Positions 63,043 through 64,000 of a stretch of DNA of 64,000 nucleotides are shown piece after piece; position 1 is the first letter of the stretch, and every line of letters begins with the position of its first letter. Source of the DNA: the human T2T-CHM13v2.0 reference genome, Homo sapiens. The notes under the pieces were generated by a model. It was not told where the DNA came from. It was given only the letters and a program-made list of their open reading frames with translations, and searched no databases. The position numbers and the translations under genes are program-made. The stretch lies in NCBI RefSeq assembly GCF_009914755.1, contig NC_060936.1, one strand, 5' to 3'.

Positions 63043-64000
63043 ATTTTCTAACCCGTCTGTGGCTTTAATGAAATTTTAGTTGAATGTCAATTACATAATC
63101 AGAATCTAGTGAAGAAGACAGAAACCACATTAGGTATTTCGACAGAGAGAATTTAATTTCAGTATTTGGAAGGACAGGTTATGGAGGATGGAAAAGTGAA
63201 GGTAGATCAGTGAGATAGCCCAGAGATAATAATCGAGGGAAGCAGCTACTGCCCCTATAGGTGGGGGAACAAAGAGAAGGACATGTGTTTCTCAAAACCT
63301 AGAAACTGGGAGGAGGGATCATGGAGCTTGGACTTAAACCTCTGATAAAGGGACACCCCTGGTTTGTAGTGGTATCCATCAAAGGGTGCAAACAGGCTGA
63401 TTCTAGGAGTGCTGGAAGCAACTGGAGATGGGAACTACCTACCTAAGTGAGGTGGTGGGAGGAGGGAGAAATTAGGGCTGGGGTAGAAGGGAATAGAGGA
63501 TTGGGAAAATTGCTTTGCTGGGGAGGTGCTTAAAGGGACAGGATGCAAACAGGTAGAAAGAGCAAATCCCTTCCCCCTCCTCCAGGTTTCACATCTCCTC
63601 CTAGTGACAAAACCAACAAAGAAATCCTGCTGGCAAAACAGAAACGCAGTTTGCAGACATAGCACCACTAGCACAAAGCAGAATAATAAAAGGTGAATTT
63701 AGAGCTGAGAGACAAGAATTAAAAAGTAGTAAACCTATTTATGTATTGGGTTTAATCTAGATTATCTTGTCCTATTATGTACTAAATTAGGTCTTGGGAG
63801 CCCAGAGGTGAGCAAAATAGATACAGTCTAGACTCTCAGAGCTTACAGTCTATTTAGAGATTCCAGTCTGGAACATGACATGAATAATTACAAACACAAT
63901 TAATTGTCATTATGATATGTATTTTAAAGCAGAAGTACAGGGCACAGTGAGAGCGCTTAACAGAGGGACATGAACTGGTCTGGGGTCTGAGAGGCTTCTC

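Overview
This is catarrhine-primate (human-like) genomic DNA: intergenic or deep-intronic and dominated by interspersed repeats. I find no credible cellular protein-coding exon, RNA gene or CRISPR array. All long ORFs are broken L1 ORF1/ORF2 pieces or read-through of Alu/LTR sequence. Contents: 20 Alu/Alu-monomer copies; two full-length but inactivated minus-strand L1PA elements (38.8-45.3 kb and 49.9-56.0 kb); several truncated L1s; many MaLR/ERVL LTRs, L2 and MIR; hAT and Tc1/mariner-pogo DNA-transposon relics; and a near-perfect 73-bp VNTR. The most unusual structures seen directly are: (1) a full-length L1 with two tandem 3' ends of different apparent subfamilies inside one TSD; (2) three separate insertions copied from sequence 1-2 kb away, one preserving an ancestral junction lost at its source; (3) a 42-43-bp tandem amplification of an octamer+GATA module inside an ERVL LTR. 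Repeat subfamily names are from recalled consensus features and need RepeatMasker/Dfam confirmation. I cannot identify the locus, and I do not claim a new biological system.
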